DNA of 30,789 nt from an uncultured Ruminococcus sp. GTDB taxonomy: Bacteria; Bacillota; Clostridia; UBA1212; UBA1255. Of this stretch, positions 7,974 through 18,267 are shown one piece after another (the stretch's first letter is position 1; every line of letters begins with the position of its first letter). The translations under genes and the position numbers were made by a program. The stretch covers positions 1-30,789 of the forward strand of contig CACZOW010000065.1 in the NCBI GenBank assembly GCA_902782885.1, written 5' to 3'. The notes beneath the pieces are model-generated. The model worked only from the letters and a program-made list of their open reading frames with translations, was not told the origin of the DNA and did no database searches.

Positions 7974-9086
7974 ATGAAAAAGGGTATCATCGTAAAACTG
8001 ATCTTACTGGTTCTGACGGCTGCGGCAGTGCTGGCCGCCTCGGGCTGCGGACTGTTCCCGAAGGAAGACAACATCAAAGCGCCCGCACTCAAAACGCCCA
8101 AGCCGGTGGAATATAACTTCTATCAGGTCGTAAAGGGCAACATCATCAAAGGCTCTTCCGGCACCGGCAGCATGACTTCGATATATTACTACAAGCATGC
8201 GTTCCCGTCTTCCGGCGGCATCATCAGAGCGATCCATGTTTCGCTGGGTCAATACGTGAACAAAGGCGATCTGCTGGTGGAGACCGACAATTCCTCCCTG
8301 GAACTGGATTATCTGGAGGCGACGATCGCATACACCGAATCCAAAGAGAAATTCGATGCCATCGCGGCCCGCTACAACCGCGGCGAGGTGGGCGAGACGG
8401 AGTTCCGCATCGAACAGCTTAAATTCCAGTATGTCGAGACGAAGTACAGGAATCTCAAGAACGCGTACGAAAATACCAAACTCGTCGCGCAGGTGTCCGG
8501 AAAAGTCGTATATATCAACACGGAGTATACCACCAACACCAACAAGGAGATCGTAGCGGGCGAGACCATCGTCGCCATTGACTCCGCCGACGACAAATAC
8601 ATGTTCCTGGTGTTCGACAAATCCGTCGAGGCCATGAACGATTCCTCCGCTACGCCGCAGCAGTTCCGCGTGGGAACTGTATTGACGCTGTCGCTCAATC
8701 CTTCCAAGACCGATCCGGATCCCATCAAATTCGAAGGCGTGATCGTGGGCACCGATCATATCATTAAAGACACCGGCATCGGTTATATCGATACGGCAAA
8801 ATATTACTGCAAACTCACGTCGTACCCCGATTACGGCGGCGACGAATCCAGACAGATCTCCACCGGTACGCTGATCCGATACACATATGTGGAGGATTCC
8901 CGTGAAGACGTGCTCATTATCCCGCTCAGCGCGTGCTACGAGTACAACGGCAAGCACTACGTGTACATGCTGGACTACTCCACCAACCTCAAAAAAGAGG
9001 TCTACGTAGAGCTCGGTCTGGCCAACGAAACGTACGTTGAAGTCGTATCCGGTCTGCACAAAGGCGACCGCATCATTACCGGCTGA
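7974..9086 (+). CDS. Efflux periplasmic adaptor (MFP/MacA-like) lipoprotein
   Basis: Lipobox AASGC; lipoyl-like halves VSLGQYVNKGDLL and LVAQVSGKV flanking an alpha-hairpin; C-terminal VLIIPLSAC...VELGLAN..YVEVVSGL..GD. Confidence 0.85.
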   Translation: MKKGIIVKLILLVLTAAAVLAASGCGLFPKEDNIKAPALKTPKPVEYNFYQVVKGNIIKGSSGTGSMTSIYYYKHAFPSSGGIIRAIHVSLGQYVNKGDLLVETDNSSLELDYLEATIAYTESKEKFDAIAARYNRGEVGETEFRIEQLKFQYVETKYRNLKNAYENTKLVAQVSGKVVYINTEYTTNTNKEIVAGETIVAIDSADDKYMFLVFDKSVEAMNDSSATPQQFRVGTVLTLSLNPSKTDPDPIKFEGVIVGTDHIIKDTGIGYIDTAKYYCKLTSYPDYGGDESRQISTGTLIRYTYVEDSREDVLIIPLSACYEYNGKHYVYMLDYSTNLKKEVYVELGLANETYVEVVSGLHKGDRIITG

Positions 9087-9132
9087 GCCGCGCTCCTGAA
9101 CTTTCAGCACGGCTTCTTGGAGGATTTGCTAA

Positions 9133-11967
9133 ATGATAAAGTCAGTTCTCAGTAAAATGGCGAATAATATATGGCTGTTTATCTGTCTGACTCTGGGTTC
9201 GCTTTTGATCACCTCAGTTCTTTCGAGCATACCGATCTATACCGACGGCGCGCTGAGAAAGATGCTGAATTCCGAGCTGGTGAATTTCCAGTACGATACA
9301 GGCAAGACCGCGGGCGGGTACTACACCAGGATCAATCTCGCCAGCGACTACAGTTCCGTCGGAGCGCTCGATCTTTTCGACACGGCCCGGGACAAGCTAC
9401 ATTACGCCTTTGAAAATAATGACATCCCGTATACGGATTCCTACGAGAGCGGCATCCTGAGACTGATCAGCCAGCGCGGCAACGGCATGCTGTTTACGTC
9501 GCAGTATCAGATGCGCTACATGACCGGAATGCTCAACCACATCGACATCATTGAAGGGCGCCGCTACCGCGATTCCTTTGACGGCGTATATGAGGCGATC
9601 ATTTCGGAGCAGGCTTATAATTCCAACGTTATCCATCTGAATCAGGTATATTATTTCGGTCTGCCGCTGATACACGGCGACAGTACGCCGGTTATCGCGA
9701 TCCGCTTCGTAGGCGTCTTCCGCATGCACGGCGATGCCGCGGGATATTTTTACGGATCCGACGAAGGCTATCCGCTGGATTTCTTTGTGTCCCCCGAGAG
9801 CTTTAAAGCCGGGATGTATACATACGCCAACGCTAAATACGTCACTTCGATCGAATTCTACCATAACGTCGAATTCCGCGATATGGACCGCAAGGATCTC
9901 AACCGTTTCAGCAATGTGCATAATGAGATCCGCGCATATCTGAAAACTTTTGAATCCGGCCATAAGGAACTTGTGTTCCCGCTGAACAAGACCATCGAGA
10001 ACTTTGTCGGCAAAGGCTGGGAGATGGAACTCACCATGTGGGTGTTCAACGCGCCGATAATCATCATGCTGGCGTATTACCTGTTCATGGTCTCCAAACT
10101 GATCATTGAGGAGGACCGGAACGAGATATCGTCGCTGCGCAGCCGCGGCGCTACGTCCCGCCAGATATTCTCCCGTTATATCATCGAATGCGGGATAATT
10201 ATCGCGTTCTCGCTGCTGCTGGGACCGCCTCTGGGCCTGGTGCTGGCGCAGGTGATAGGCAGCGCCAACGGTTTCCTGGAATTCGTGAACCGCTCCGGTC
10301 TGGTGCTCCGGCTGGTGCCGGCGGCATATCTGTACGCTGTGCTGGCCGGGCTGCTGTTCATGGTGATGGTGCTTATTCCCGCGTATTCCGCCACGCGCAG
10401 CACGATAGTGCAGCACAAACAGAAAAAAGCGCGCAAGAATCAGAAGCCGTTCTGGGAAAAGGCTTTCCTGGATTTCATTTTCCTGGGTGTTTCGATCTAT
10501 CTGCTGATCACGTACACCAGCCACGGCGACATGGTGCTGAAGTCCAGCGGCAGCGTCGACCCGTCGATCTATTTCATATCCACACTGTTTATAATATCCG
10601 CCGGCATGGTCTTCCTGAGGATCTATCCGTATATTCTCAAGCTCATCTTCGGGATATTCAAACGCCGCATGTCGCCGCCGGTCTATGCTACTTTCGTTCA
10701 GGTCTCGCGTGGCAGCAACGACAACCGCTTCCTGATCATGTTCCTGATCATGACGGTGTCAATAGGCATCTACAGTTCCGCTTCCGCCCGTATCATCAAC
10801 AACAACGTCGCGGAAGTCGCCGCCTACAAATGCGGCGCCGACCTGGTGATCTCGCCCGACTGGGGAAATCTGGAAGATGATACTTCCGCCAAGACCACGT
10901 CTTCCGATATTACCCGCATACCGCTCTCGGATTACATGTCCATCAGCAGCTTTGAAAACTTCACGCAGGTCTCGGAGGTGCGCTACGCCACCGTAAAAGG
11001 GCTGTACGATTTTGAATGGTACGACGGCATCCGGGTGATGGCGATCCAGCCGTATGAGTTCTCGCAGGTGGTGGATTTCCGTTCGTCGCTGTTGGATACC
11101 GAGGCCAAGGACGTCATCCACTGGTACCACTACATCAATCTGATGCAGGATTATCCCACGGCCGTGCTGGTGTCGCGGGGGATTGCCGACATGTTCGATC
11201 TGGTAGTAGGGTCAACGCTGGAAGTTGACATCAACCCGTGGGGCACGCCGGAATCGCAGAAAGTTCCGGTGATGAACTGCTACGTGCTGGCGATCATAGA
11301 TTACTGGCCCAACTATTACGACGGCGCGGTCAATACCGACGTCGTAAACCAGCTGGTCGTCATGAACTACTCCTACCTTAATTCCGTGAAAGCTAACGCC
11401 ACTTTCGATATGTGGATCGATCTCAAAGAGGGAACGACCAAAGACGAGGTGCAGAAGGCGCTCGCGGAACGGGGACTGGAAGACGGTATCTCCGCGATTC
11501 GCTACAAGACCGAATTTATCAGCCGCGGCAAGGGCGATTCTACGACGATGGCGCTGAACGGCTCGCTTTCCATGGGCTTCGTGGCGACAATGATGATCAC
11601 CCTGATCGGGTTCCTGCTTTACTGGATCATGAATATGCGCAAGCGCAAGCTTCAGTTCGGTATCCTGCGGGCAATGGGTCTCTCCCGCGGCAAGACGATA
11701 TTCATGCTGACCCTGGAGCAATTGCTCACCACCGGCGTGGCCGTGCTGGTTGGCATCTTCCTGGGCATACTGGCCACGCGCCTGTTCATGCCCATCCTGA
11801 GCCAGACCTACATCAGCCTGCTGCCGCTGCACCTGACTTACAGCATTGTCGACACGCTGCGCATCCTGGCTGTGGTGCTGGTGATGATCGTCATCGGTCT
11901 GATCGTGCTGGGCGTATTTATACGGAAGCTGAAGATCAACGAAGCGGTGAAGATTGGAGAAGAGTGA
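9133..11967 (+). CDS. FtsX/MacB-like ABC permease with two fused permease repeats
   Basis: EDRNEISSLRSRGAT and RKLQFGILRAMGLS coupling motifs; two large extracytoplasmic domains; multiple hydrophobic helices. Confidence 0.88.
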   Translation: MIKSVLSKMANNIWLFICLTLGSLLITSVLSSIPIYTDGALRKMLNSELVNFQYDTGKTAGGYYTRINLASDYSSVGALDLFDTARDKLHYAFENNDIPYTDSYESGILRLISQRGNGMLFTSQYQMRYMTGMLNHIDIIEGRRYRDSFDGVYEAIISEQAYNSNVIHLNQVYYFGLPLIHGDSTPVIAIRFVGVFRMHGDAAGYFYGSDEGYPLDFFVSPESFKAGMYTYANAKYVTSIEFYHNVEFRDMDRKDLNRFSNVHNEIRAYLKTFESGHKELVFPLNKTIENFVGKGWEMELTMWVFNAPIIIMLAYYLFMVSKLIIEEDRNEISSLRSRGATSRQIFSRYIIECGIIIAFSLLLGPPLGLVLAQVIGSANGFLEFVNRSGLVLRLVPAAYLYAVLAGLLFMVMVLIPAYSATRSTIVQHKQKKARKNQKPFWEKAFLDFIFLGVSIYLLITYTSHGDMVLKSSGSVDPSIYFISTLFIISAGMVFLRIYPYILKLIFGIFKRRMSPPVYATFVQVSRGSNDNRFLIMFLIMTVSIGIYSSASARIINNNVAEVAAYKCGADLVISPDWGNLEDDTSAKTTSSDITRIPLSDYMSISSFENFTQVSEVRYATVKGLYDFEWYDGIRVMAIQPYEFSQVVDFRSSLLDTEAKDVIHWYHYINLMQDYPTAVLVSRGIADMFDLVVGSTLEVDINPWGTPESQKVPVMNCYVLAIIDYWPNYYDGAVNTDVVNQLVVMNYSYLNSVKANATFDMWIDLKEGTTKDEVQKALAERGLEDGISAIRYKTEFISRGKGDSTTMALNGSLSMGFVATMMITLIGFLLYWIMNMRKRKLQFGILRAMGLSRGKTIFMLTLEQLLTTGVAVLVGIFLGILATRLFMPILSQTYISLLPLHLTYSIVDTLRILAVVLVMIVIGLIVLGVFIRKLKINEAVKIGEE

Positions 11968-11968
11968 C

Positions 11969-12676
11969 ATGGAAACAGGCGAATTTATTTTGCGCGCGGA
12001 AAATGTTACACGGGATTTCTACCGCAAGTCAGAGGTCATTCACGCGGTACGCGGCGTCAACGTAAATATAAAACGCGGCACGTTCAATATTCTTTGCGGC
12101 CGTTCCGGTTCGGGCAAGACCACGCTCATCAACATGCTGGCTGCGATCGATACGCCGACCTCCGGTCAGATCTTTTTCGAAGACGTGAACGTTTCGCTCT
12201 TGAATGAGCGCAAGCGCGACGAACTGCGCCGCAGGAATATCGGCATCATTTTCCAGAATACCGCGCTGCTGGCGCAGATGTCCGCGGTAGAGAACGTGGA
12301 ATTCTCGCTCTCGGTATCCGGGAAGAAAATCAAAAACAAGCGCGACCTCGCTATCGAGTGGCTGGATAAGCTCGGCATACGCGAGCGCCGCAACCACATG
12401 CCGGCGGAGATGTCGGGCGGCGAGCAGGCGCGCGTTGCCATCAGCCGGGCCCTGGTGCACAGTCCCAAACTTGTCCTGGCGGACGAACCTACGGCGGAAC
12501 TGGATTCCAGAACGTCGTTCAGGGTCGTCGACCTGTTCCGCGAACTGGTGGACAAGCAGGGATTGACCATCGTAATGACTACCCACGACGTCAACATCAT
12601 GGACGTTGCCGACACGATCTATACAATGGAGGACGGTGTAATTGTCAGTGAAAGAAAAGGAAACAGATCTTTATAA
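11969..12676 (+). CDS. ABC ATPase, LolD/MacB family
   Basis: GRSGSGKTT, IFQ, MSGGE, LVLADEP, TH. ATG 11969 after GGAGAAGAG preferred over TTG 11954. Confidence 0.9.
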   Translation: METGEFILRAENVTRDFYRKSEVIHAVRGVNVNIKRGTFNILCGRSGSGKTTLINMLAAIDTPTSGQIFFEDVNVSLLNERKRDELRRRNIGIIFQNTALLAQMSAVENVEFSLSVSGKKIKNKRDLAIEWLDKLGIRERRNHMPAEMSGGEQARVAISRALVHSPKLVLADEPTAELDSRTSFRVVDLFRELVDKQGLTIVMTTHDVNIMDVADTIYTMEDGVIVSERKGNRSL

Positions 12677-13808
12677 TTCCATCGGCGATACCACCGGACT
12701 TAGCAAAAAAGAACGGGCCGAACTTATAAAACGCGCAAAGCAGGAAGCCAAAGAGGCTGCCATGCGCAAGCGTACCGAAGAACGCGAAGCCGCGGAAAAG
12801 GTCAAAGCCGCCAAATTCGAGACCGAGCGCAAGGCCGGCAAGCATAAAACGCTCGCCGAGATCACCGAAGGCAAGGACGATTACGAACAGGACTTCAAAG
12901 TGCCGGAAGGCGTGGTCGTTTACTGCGAAAACCTTATAAAGCTCTATAAGGTCGGGGATATCGAGGTAATGGCGCTGCAGGGCCTGGATCTTTCCGTAAA
13001 AGACGGCGAGATGGTGGCTATCATCGGCAACAGCGGCAGCGGCAAATCGACGCTGATGAATATCATCGGCGGACTTGACCGTCCTACCGCGGGGCGCATC
13101 TACGTCAACGGCATCAACCTGCTCAAACTGGACGACAATCAGATGCTGCAGTACATGCGCGAGACCGTGGGCTTCGTTTGGCAGAACACCGCGCGCAATA
13201 TGATACCGTATCTGAATGCCCTGGACAATGTCAAGCTCGTCATGCAGATGGCGGGCAGACTTGACTCCAACCGCGCCAACGAGCTGCTGGAGATCGTCGG
13301 ACTGGAGCACCGCAAAAAGAGCAAGATGCATGAGCTTTCGGGCGGCGAGCAGCAGCGCGTTGCCATCGCCATCGGCCTTGCCAACAAACCGCGTATACTG
13401 CTGGCGGACGAGCCCACGGGCGCCGTTGACACCCGCACCACCGCACAGATCATGAGCGTGTTCCACAAGCTGAATACCGAGATGGGCGTCACGATCATCA
13501 TCGTTACCCATGACCGGCAGCTCTCTCATATGGTGCCGCGCGTCGTTACGATCAGCGACGGCCGTATCGGTACGGAATTCATCCGCCGCGAAGAAATAGA
13601 TGTAAACAGCGATGAAATGATGAACGCCACCGCCGGGCATGATTCCGGATCTCATATCGAGTACGGGTTTATCGACGGCCGCCGGCGTCTGTTCATACCC
13701 GAATATTATCTCTCTAAAGTAGGTCTGCATGAAAAGTGTAAAGTAGGCATAGACGTGAAAGATGACCGCCTTGAGCTTTTCAAGCCTGAGGATGAAAATA
13801 TTAAATGA
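12642..13808 (+). CDS. ABC ATPase, LolD/MacB family, with charged N-terminal extension and AbrB/SpoVT-like C-terminal tail
   Basis: GNSGSGKST, LSGGE, ILLADEP, TH; Lys/Glu/Ala-rich N-terminus of about 85 aa; C-terminal IDGRRRLFIP..L..VG..segment. TTG start after GGAGG is likely but not certain. Confidence 0.88.
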   Translation: MSVKEKETDLYNSIGDTTGLSKKERAELIKRAKQEAKEAAMRKRTEEREAAEKVKAAKFETERKAGKHKTLAEITEGKDDYEQDFKVPEGVVVYCENLIKLYKVGDIEVMALQGLDLSVKDGEMVAIIGNSGSGKSTLMNIIGGLDRPTAGRIYVNGINLLKLDDNQMLQYMRETVGFVWQNTARNMIPYLNALDNVKLVMQMAGRLDSNRANELLEIVGLEHRKKSKMHELSGGEQQRVAIAIGLANKPRILLADEPTGAVDTRTTAQIMSVFHKLNTEMGVTIIIVTHDRQLSHMVPRVVTISDGRIGTEFIRREEIDVNSDEMMNATAGHDSGSHIEYGFIDGRRRLFIPEYYLSKVGLHEKCKVGIDVKDDRLELFKPEDENIK

Positions 13809-14461
13809 AGCTTCGAACAATTCCGGCACTGCTGGTATTAATCTTATTGATCGCATCCGCCGGCTGCACCGATATGAGCAACCGCAACCCGATCGTTACG
13901 TTCACGCTGGATCCGGACGTGAGCTCTCATATCGGCGGCACGTTCGTGGTGGAACTGTTTCCGGACAAAGCGCCGAATTCGGTCAACTATTTTATCGATC
14001 TGGTCGTGAACGGATACTATAACAAATTCAATGTTTCGCAGGTGCATGAAGATTCGATGGTGGTGTTCGGCGATCCCTGGTACAAGGGCGGCAACAACCG
14101 CGTGATAAAAGGTGAGTTCGCGGACAACGGCTTTACGCAGAACGACGTTGACTTCGTACGCGGTACGGTGGGACTCGCGCTGGACGAGGGCGATCCGGAC
14201 TCGAATTACGGCGATTTCTTCATTGTCCTCGACGATGCCGCGAAAGATTCAATGAACGGCAAATTCTGCGCGATCGGCCGCGTTACCGAAGGTCTCGAGA
14301 TCCTGGATGAGATCAGCCGGCTGCAGACGACCTCATCGCTTAAATACCAGCCGTACGCGTCGGTGCGTACGCTTACCGCTACTGTAGAATTAAAAGGACG
14401 CGTATACCCCACAGCGGAAACGCTGGAGCGGAAAAATAAACCCGGTTACTGGGATGAATGA
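13805..14461 (+). CDS. Cyclophilin-fold lipoprotein with a degenerate PPIase active site
   Basis: NPIVT, ELFPDKAPNSVNYF, IKGEFADNGF, RGTV, FFI, GRVTEGLEILDEI; lipobox SAGC; ATGA overlap with the upstream ATPase. Confidence 0.82.
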   Translation: MKLRTIPALLVLILLIASAGCTDMSNRNPIVTFTLDPDVSSHIGGTFVVELFPDKAPNSVNYFIDLVVNGYYNKFNVSQVHEDSMVVFGDPWYKGGNNRVIKGEFADNGFTQNDVDFVRGTVGLALDEGDPDSNYGDFFIVLDDAAKDSMNGKFCAIGRVTEGLEILDEISRLQTTSSLKYQPYASVRTLTATVELKGRVYPTAETLERKNKPGYWDE

Positions 14462-14485
14462 CCCCCGACAGAGGAGGAGTTTTTT

Positions 14486-15790
14486 ATGAGAACAAAAAGC
14501 GCATTTACGCTTAAAACACGGCTGCTGTTGATGCTGCTCGCGCTGGTGATGGTATTGCCCGCCTCGGGCTGCACCGGAGGCGGCGACCCAGAAAGCACAT
14601 ACCGGCCCGGCATGGAAGTCGATGAAAAATACGCCAACAGCTACCAGCCCGTCTTCGACGGTAAATCCGTGCTGAATATCGAAGTCACGCTCAACGCGGG
14701 CCATTACGCCGAGATCCTGGAAGCGCCCGAAGCCGAGCAGTTCTACAGCGCGGACATTAAACTGGGCAGCGACACGGTCAGCAAAGTCGGATTCCGCACT
14801 TCGGGCAACACCGATCTGTCCGAGTATTCGGGCGACGTGGGTGACCGCTATAATTTTAAAGTGAAATTCGACAAGTACGTGGACAAGCAGAAGTACCGCA
14901 AGCTTGACGAGATGTACCTGCTCAACTTCAACGGCGACCCGTCCTATATGCGCATGTTCCTCGCGTTCGGCGCGTTTCGCGCGATCGGCGGTGCCGCGCC
15001 GCTGTGCACCTACGCCACGCTTTCCATCAACGGCAAATCGCAGGGCCTGTACCTGGCGGTGGAGAGTATCGACGACGCGTTCCTGAAGCGCGTTTTCGGA
15101 GACAACAACGGCGTGAATCTCTACAAAGCGGGCGAAGGTACGGATCTGCTTACCACGGCTTCGCTTGCGCTCCTGGATCAGAAAAACGGCGATGATACGA
15201 CTAAAGACGACGTCGACCGCCTTATCCGGGTGCTGAACACGATGCCGGACGGCGGAAAAGGCGATATCGAGAGCGTGCTGGATGTGGACAGCGTGCTGCG
15301 CTATATCGCCGTGTGTACCGGTCTGGGAATCTACAAGAGCTACCTTGCCAAGAATCCGGACAACTTCTATCTCGCGGCCAAAGACGGCAAGTTCACCATC
15401 GTGCCCTGGAAGACCGTGAGCGCGTTCGGCGGCGCCAGCAAGGACAACGGTGCGACTGCCGAATTGTCCCCGTACGAGCCCGTTTACCGCGTAACGATGG
15501 CGGAGCGTCCGCTCGTATCAAAGCTGCTGGCTGTTGACGAATACGTCACGCGCTATGAAGGTTACGTTACCGCGGTGCGCGAATACCTCGACGGCATCAG
15601 CGCGGCCATCGACACGCTGGACGGACTCATCGGCGACATCATCAAGAACGATCCCGCGCCGTTCTACACTTACGAGCAGTATCAAATCGCCATAGGCAAG
15701 GCGGACGGGCAGGGCAACACCACCGGCATCATCTCCGCCGCCGAATACGCCTCGCTCCGCGCGGCGTACCTCAAGGGGCTGAATTTCTGA
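14486..15790 (+). CDS. CotH-kinase-family lipoprotein, probable pseudokinase
   Basis: VGFRTSGN, FKVKFDKY, DPSYMR, INGKSQGLYLAVE, NLYKA, DVDSVLRY, NFYL, IVPW; lipobox ASGC; GAGGAGG RBS. Confidence 0.82.
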   Translation: MRTKSAFTLKTRLLLMLLALVMVLPASGCTGGGDPESTYRPGMEVDEKYANSYQPVFDGKSVLNIEVTLNAGHYAEILEAPEAEQFYSADIKLGSDTVSKVGFRTSGNTDLSEYSGDVGDRYNFKVKFDKYVDKQKYRKLDEMYLLNFNGDPSYMRMFLAFGAFRAIGGAAPLCTYATLSINGKSQGLYLAVESIDDAFLKRVFGDNNGVNLYKAGEGTDLLTTASLALLDQKNGDDTTKDDVDRLIRVLNTMPDGGKGDIESVLDVDSVLRYIAVCTGLGIYKSYLAKNPDNFYLAAKDGKFTIVPWKTVSAFGGASKDNGATAELSPYEPVYRVTMAERPLVSKLLAVDEYVTRYEGYVTAVREYLDGISAAIDTLDGLIGDIIKNDPAPFYTYEQYQIAIGKADGQGNTTGIISAAEYASLRAAYLKGLNF

Positions 15791-15841
15791 TCTCAGCGCC
15801 GAAAAATCGCGAAAAATCGCGCAAAACAGCATCTCCCGCGC

Positions 15842-15870
15842 TTGCCGAAACCGGCGCGTTGTGGTAGAAT
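15842..15870 (+). promoter_or_regulatory. Sigma-A-type promoter of pta-ackA
   Basis: TTGCCG, 17-bp spacer, TAGAAT with an extended TGn. Confidence 0.65.
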
Positions 15871-15917
15871 ATCCGGCGGATTTTTTATCCGCCACTTATT
15901 GTGAAAGGAAATGATAG

Positions 15918-16913
<996 letters not shown>

Positions 16914-16925
16914 GGAGGTCTCCCG

Positions 16926-18143
16926 ATGAAGATACTCGTTATCAACTGCGGCTCCAGCTCTCTTAAATATCAGCTCATCGATATGAGCGATGAATCCGTC
17001 ATCTGCAGCGGTATCTGCGACCGCATCGGCAATCCCGCCTCCAGCAGCATCAGCTACAAGGCCAAAGGCGAGAAGTGCAAGATCGAAGTGCCGTTCCCGA
17101 CACATACCGAAGCGTTCCTGAAGCTCGTGGAACTCATGACCACCGGCGACACCGCGGTGATCGCGGACAAGAGCGAGATCGATGCCATCGGCCACCGCAT
17201 AGTCCAGGGCGCCGAATTTTTCAAGCATTCGGAACTGGTCAACGAAGCGGTCATTCAAAAGATCGACGAGATCTCTCCGCTGGCGCCGGTGCACAACCCC
17301 GCCCACGTGCAGGGTCTCCGCTGCGCCGAGCAGATCTTCGGTGACGTGCCGAACGTCGTGGTTTTCGATACCACGTTCCATCAGACCATGCCGCCCAAGG
17401 CTTACATGTTCGGTATTCCGTACGAGTATTATGAGAAATACCACATCCGCCGCTACGGCGCGCACGGCACCAGCCACAAGTATGTCGCCGGCATTGCGTC
17501 CGAACTGATGGGCCGCAAAGACCTTAAGATCGTCACGTGCCACCTGGGCAACGGTTCCTCAATTTCCGCAGTCAAGAACGGCAAGTGCATTGACACCTCC
17601 ATGGGCCTCACGCCTCTGGGCGGTGTGACTATGGGCACCCGTACCGGCGACCTTGACCCCAGCGTAGTGTGCGAGATCAGCAAGATCACCGGTCTTGCGG
17701 GCAACGACCTCAGCAACTACCTCAACAAGCAGTGCGGCTTCCTCGGCATGACGAAAGGCTTCTCGTCCGATAAGCGCGATCTGGAGCTCGCGGTCGCGGA
17801 TCCCGACGATCCGCACAACGAACTCTCCACCATCGCCAGCGACGTGTACGATTACCAGATCAAAAAGTATATCGGCGCGTACGCGGCGGCAATGGGCGGC
17901 CTTGACTGCGTCGTATTCACCGGCGGTATCGGCGAGAACGACATCAACGTCCGCAAAGACGCCTGCGAAGATATGGAATTCCTGGGCATCAAGATCGATC
18001 TGGAAAAGAACAATCGCAAGGCCAGAGGAGAAATCCTCGACCTGTCCGTTCCCGGATCCCGCTGCAAAGTGTACGTCATTCCCACTAACGAGGAACTGGC
18101 GATCGCCCGCGAGACGCAGGAACTGGTCCTCGGCGGCAAATGA
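16926..18143 (+). CDS. ackA: Acetate kinase
   Basis: LVINCGSSSLKY, GHRIVQG, APVHNP, VFDTTFH, YGAHGTSH, CHLGNGSS, DTSMG.TPL.G..MGTR.G, FTGGIGEN, IPTNEE. Confidence 0.97.
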   Translation: MKILVINCGSSSLKYQLIDMSDESVICSGICDRIGNPASSSISYKAKGEKCKIEVPFPTHTEAFLKLVELMTTGDTAVIADKSEIDAIGHRIVQGAEFFKHSELVNEAVIQKIDEISPLAPVHNPAHVQGLRCAEQIFGDVPNVVVFDTTFHQTMPPKAYMFGIPYEYYEKYHIRRYGAHGTSHKYVAGIASELMGRKDLKIVTCHLGNGSSISAVKNGKCIDTSMGLTPLGGVTMGTRTGDLDPSVVCEISKITGLAGNDLSNYLNKQCGFLGMTKGFSSDKRDLELAVADPDDPHNELSTIASDVYDYQIKKYIGAYAAAMGGLDCVVFTGGIGENDINVRKDACEDMEFLGIKIDLEKNNRKARGEILDLSVPGSRCKVYVIPTNEELAIARETQELVLGGK

Positions 18144-18186
18144 TCTGCCGGTCCCGTCAGATCTGCGCGGCTGCAAAAAAATGTTG

Positions 18187-18215
18187 TTGACACGGAGCCG
18201 AACATACTGTATAAT
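18187..18215 (+). promoter_or_regulatory. Consensus sigma-A promoter of the rpmF operon
   Basis: TTGACA (18187-18192), 17-bp spacer, TATAAT (18210-18215). Confidence 0.88.
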
Positions 18216-18267
18216 ATCTCGGTCTGTGTAAGACAAGGGCGTTTAGGCGCACAGGAGGTGTATACAA

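Noticed and set aside
15811-15830. GAAAAATCGC direct repeat (two copies) upstream of the pta promoter
   Set aside because: Only two 10-bp copies; could be chance or simple slippage.
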